Shown piece by piece: positions 60,669 through 64,000 of a stretch of 64,000 nucleotides of DNA. The notes under the pieces are model-generated. The model saw only the letters and a list, made by a program, of their open reading frames with translations. It did not search any database and was not told the DNA's origin. Source of the DNA: a plasmid; the sequence record NZ_CP083859.1. The stretch is one strand, 5' to 3'. Each line of letters opens with the position of its first letter. Position 1 is the stretch's first letter. The translations under genes were made by a program, and so were the position numbers.

Positions 60669-62880
60669 GAAGTGGTTTACTGAATTTGGCCACCTGAACA
60701 GAGGTGATATGCTCACCTCAGAACAACACAGGTGTCATAATGAAAAAAAAGAAATTTCAGCGCAGAGTTTAAACGCGAATCCGCTCAACTGGTCGTTGAC
60801 CAGAACTACACCGTGGCAGATGCAGCCAGCGCTATGGATGTCGGCCTTTCCACAATGACGCGATGGGTGAAACAATTACGTGATGAACGGCAGGGCAAAA
60901 CACCAAAAGCCTCCCCCATTACCCCGGAACAAATTGAAATCCGTGAGCTCAGGAAAAAGCTACAACGTATTGAAATGGAAAATGAAATATTAAAAAAGGC
61001 TACTGTAGATTCAATCTGTCAATGCAACACCCCTTTCAATTATCTCTTTCGGTGTTTTGAACTTCAGTGTCTTTCTCGGTCTGTTGTTTAGCTGAGCAGC
61101 AACCAGATCTAGTTCATGTTGAGTATATTGGGCAAGACATGTCTTTTTAGGAAAGTACTGCCGAATTAGCCCATTTGTGTTCTCATTTGTTCCCCGCTGC
61201 CAAGGACTCTGAGGATCGCAGAAGTAAACTTTAACGCCGGTGCTGACAGTAAATTCTAGATGTCTGGCCAGTTCCATTCCTCTGTCCCATGTCAGTGATT
61301 TTCTGAGTTCTGACGGTAAACTCAGGAATTTGTCGGTAAGAGCCTGATTTACTGAGACAGAATCTTTGCCCCTGAGTCTAAGGATGATCGTATAACGTGA
61401 TTTTCGGTCTACAAGTGTGGCTATATGAGAGTTTTTTGTACCTGAGACTAAATCGCCCTCCCAATGCCCCAGAGAGCGTCTGTTATCGATATTTCGGGAA
61501 CGTTCGTGAATTGGTGTTCCGTTCACTATGTTAATCGTACCTCTTTCGCCTTTGCGGGTATGACGCCTGCCATGGCGAAGGCTATGCGACCGTCGCAGAT
61601 GCTGTATATTCAGGTGGTGTAGCGCTTCACGGCTACGAAAGTACAGCGTTTTATAAATTGTCTCAGGTGATATTCGCAGCGTTTTTTGACGTGGTTTTGT
61701 TCGCCTTAACCATCCTGATATTTGCTCTGGAGACCATTTCATCTCCAGCTTTTCCAGAACAAGCTTTCGCAATGGTAAATTTTGATCCAGTAAGCACGGT
61801 TTTTGGCCTTTTCGCCATTCTGTTGGCTCGGTTATTAGCATCAACAGCTTTGTAATAGCGTCTGCCCCGATTACGCTGAACTTCACGTGAGATCGTCGAA
61901 GGACTGCGATTCAGCGCAGTAGCTATCGCACGAATGCTCATTTTGGCTGACAAACCAGCTCGTATCTCCTCGCGCTCAGACAGTGTCAGGTGAGCTACAG
62001 CCCGCTTACGCTCATGGGGTTTTATGCCGCCAGTATCCCTTAACATAGTGAAGATCGTTCCGGGTTTTGAACCCAGGATATTCGCTATTTCACTGAAGCC
62101 TGTTCCGTTCTTCCATAGTTCAAAAACAGAGGCTTTTTCCTCTGCTGTAAATGTTCGTCTCATTCAAAAAACCTCCGCAACCCCATGTTTTCACATAACT
62201 GTTGCGTTGACCAATTGAATCTACAACCGCGCTCTTGATGTCAGACTCCCTGAACAGTTCTCGATAATCGGGAAACTCAGGGCGCGTTATCCTGTGGCCA
62301 CTCTCTGCCATGTGTTCGGGGTTCATCGCAGCAGCTACAAATACTGGAAAAACCGTCCTGAAAAGCCAGACGGCAGACGGGCTGTATTACGCAGTCAGGT
62401 ACTTGAACTGCATGGCATCAGCCACGGCTCTGCCGGAGCAAGAAGCATCGCCACAATGGCAACCCAGAGAGGCTACCAGATGGGGCGCTGGCTTGCTGGC
62501 AGACTCATGAAAGAGCTGGGGCTGGTCAGTTGCCAGCAGCCGACTCACCGGTATAAGCGTGGCGGTCATGAGCACGTTGCTATCCCGAATCATCTTGAGC
62601 GACAGTTCGCCGTAACGGAACCAAATCAGGTGTGGTGCGGTGATGTGACCTATATCTGGACGGGTAAGCGCTGGGCGTACCTCGCCGTTGTTCTCGACCT
62701 GTTCGCAAGAAAACCAGTGGGCTGGGCCATGTCGTTCTCGCCGGACAGCAGGCTCACCATGAAAGCACTGGAAATGGCATGGGAAACCCGTGGTAAGCCC
62801 GTCGGGGTTATGTTCCACAGCGATAGTAATAATGCCGATGTCAGTCTTTACCACCACTTAGTTTGCCGTTTAACCAGATT
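60669..62880 (+). mobile_element. IS911-like IS3-family element, disrupted: orfA split by IS30, orfB 3'-truncated; orfA also carries an extra A in its 5' poly-A tract
   Basis: ATGAAAAAAAAGAAATTTCAGCGCAGAGTTTAAACGCGAATCC (A8 vs the A7 I recall for IS911) ...[35 protein letters not shown]...[11 protein letters not shown]| then IS30; orfB ...WVTDVTYIWT...VMFHSD then diverges. Confidence 0.65.
61004..62225 (-). mobile_element. IS30, complete length with 2-bp TSD AC; transposase ORF split by a 1-nt homopolymer indel
   Basis: Ends TGTAGATTCAATCTGTCAATGCAACAC... (61004) and ...CCAATTGAATCTACA (62225). Tnp MRRTFTAEEKASVFELWKNGTGFSEIANIL... continues in a second frame after ...AKRPK; GGTTTTTGG is T5 where I recall T4. 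Flanks AC/AC. Confidence 0.8.
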
Positions 62881-63105
62881 GGTGTGATTACTGATGCAGT
62901 GAAGACCTTCCCGCATCCTGACTCACACAGCGATCGACCTTTTGTGTCCTGCCCTGGACCCGTCGGTTGCCGGAAGCGCCTTCATGCGAGGCATCTCCTC
63001 ACCGATGCGCGTGACTCAAGAAGGGCCTGACGGCTTGTCTCGTTACTGTCCTGTCCGGGTTATCTGTCTGGAGATTCAACTCTGTTTCCTCACAGGAGCT
63101 CTGTC

Positions 63106-63342
63106 ATGGTTGATAAAGTTACCGAAGCTGCCGTTGTGGGTGGCGTGGATACACATAAAGATTTGCACGTTGCCGCTGTCGTAGATCAGAACAATAAAGT
63201 CCTTGGGACTCAGTATTTCTCCACAACACGACAAGGTTACCGGCAGATGCTGGCATGGATGACCTCGTTTGGGACATTAAAGCGAATTGGTGTTGAGTGC
63301 ACAGGTACCTATGGTTCCGGTTTGCTTCGTTACCAGTCATAA
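63106..63342 (+). mobile_element. 5' fragment (78 codons) of an IS110-family transposase gene
   Basis: MVDKVTEAAVVGGVDTHKDLHVAAVVDQNNKVLG... is the IS110 N-terminal DEDD motif; the ORF stops early. Confidence 0.6.
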
Positions 63343-63427
63343 AACCAACCGGCGTCTTTTCAGAAGTTTGCACTTCATCACATAGCGGTGGTTAAATTCG
63401 CTACATAAGCCCAAAAAGAGCAGGGGA

Positions 63428-64000
63428 CTAACGTTTCAGGCTGGCCCTGAATTCCGCTGGGTTTGCCAGCACCGGATTGATAGCTCTTACTTGTTCCTGC
63501 ACCCGGGCCTGTGCCCGCCTTTTAGGCATCTTCTTGCTACGGTCCCGTTTCCCGTCCCGCTCCAGTTCGTCCATCTTGTCCTGAGCGAGTTTCAGAACAG
63601 CCCCAAGACGCTTGTTATCAACGATTTGCCCCTGGTCGACACATTCCAGTTTGTCGAACACCTGATATTTGAGTGAACGGTAACCGTATTTGAATGCCAG
63701 CGTGCCGTCCGGATAGTCGAAGACTGTTATTTTTTCGCCAGCGATGCGAGTATTTTCTTCACTAGGTTCAACCAGATATATCATTTTGTCATAGCGGAAT
63801 GTCAGCGTTTTAGACAGCTTACGCAGTTACTGCCAGGCAAAGATATCATCCAGCTCTTCGTTGCTTTCAGCCACGGTTCGGTGCAGATCTTTGGGGTATT
63901 TTGCTGGTCTTGCGAAGCGACGATTGAAGTCGGCAATGAAGGTATCCAGCCAGGCGTTGGCTGCTTCAATACTGCTGATTCCCTCGAGACACATATCCTT
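63428..64000 (-). mobile_element. 3' portion of a DDE transposase gene (family undetermined) containing an in-frame TAA; continues beyond the window
   Basis: Reverse strand from 64000: KDMCLEGISSIEAANAWLDTFIADFNRRFARPAKYPKDLHRTVAESNEELDDIFAWQ-TAA-LRKLSKTLTFRYDKMIYLVEPSEE..., a single frame with one stop. Confidence 0.5.

Overview
This window reads as an IncF-like plasmid, probably from Klebsiella or another Enterobacteriaceae host, made up of five compositionally distinct blocks. All family assignments rest on motifs recalled from memory; no database search was run.

(1) 1-10.8 kb, + strand: an F-type leading region. It carries a methylase 3' end, the anti-restriction gene klcA/ardB, a ParB-like gene, psiB and psiA, and a hok/mok/sok addiction locus. 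The hok mRNA leader is split by a complete IS150 with a 3-bp CCA target duplication. A DUF932 gene and an X/orf169-like lytic transglycosylase follow.

(2) 10.8-18.5 kb: an F-like oriT with a nic core and TraM boxes, then traM, traA-L-E-K, traB truncated at codon 158, traD truncated after its Walker A motif, and only the 3' third of traI, ending with a DsbA-like gene. This is a decayed transfer region. Where traJ/traY should be, there is a tandem ribbon-helix-helix gene on the opposite strand, divergent from traA across a perfect CRP consensus site.

(3) 18.6-23 kb: a YafO-like toxin with an unusual 182-aa partner, a tyrosine recombinase, RND-pump fragments and a plasmid H-NS paralogue.

(4) 23.3-37 kb: a tellurite-resistance island. 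It holds terZABCDE, a membrane ORF and terF, and a divergent five-gene predicted biosynthetic operon (ATP-grasp, two PRTase-type genes, HAD, CitE-like) plus TerW-like and DUF4236 genes.

(5) 37.5-43.6 kb: an AT-rich accessory block. It contains an uncharacterised three-gene operon (lipoprotein, 367-aa, 119-aa), an HNH nuclease gene with an in-frame TAA, an IS407-group IS3 element with a tandemly duplicated left end, and an N-truncated AAA-lid/wHTH gene.

(6) 45.6-59.7 kb, - strand: a 65% GC heat-resistance island of the LHR/tLST type. Gene order is HTH regulator, sHSP20, clpK/clpG, ftsH (internally deleted), sHSP, yfdX1, yfdX2, hdeD, an ORF, trx, kefB, psiE, an M48 peptidase and degP. It is bracketed by IS110/IS5 debris on the left and an IS66 remnant on the right.

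(7) 60.7-64 kb: an IS graveyard. An IS911-like element is split by a full IS30 (AC target duplication), followed by an IS110 fragment and another transposase fragment.

Several frameshifts sit in homopolymer runs and may be sequencing artefacts.
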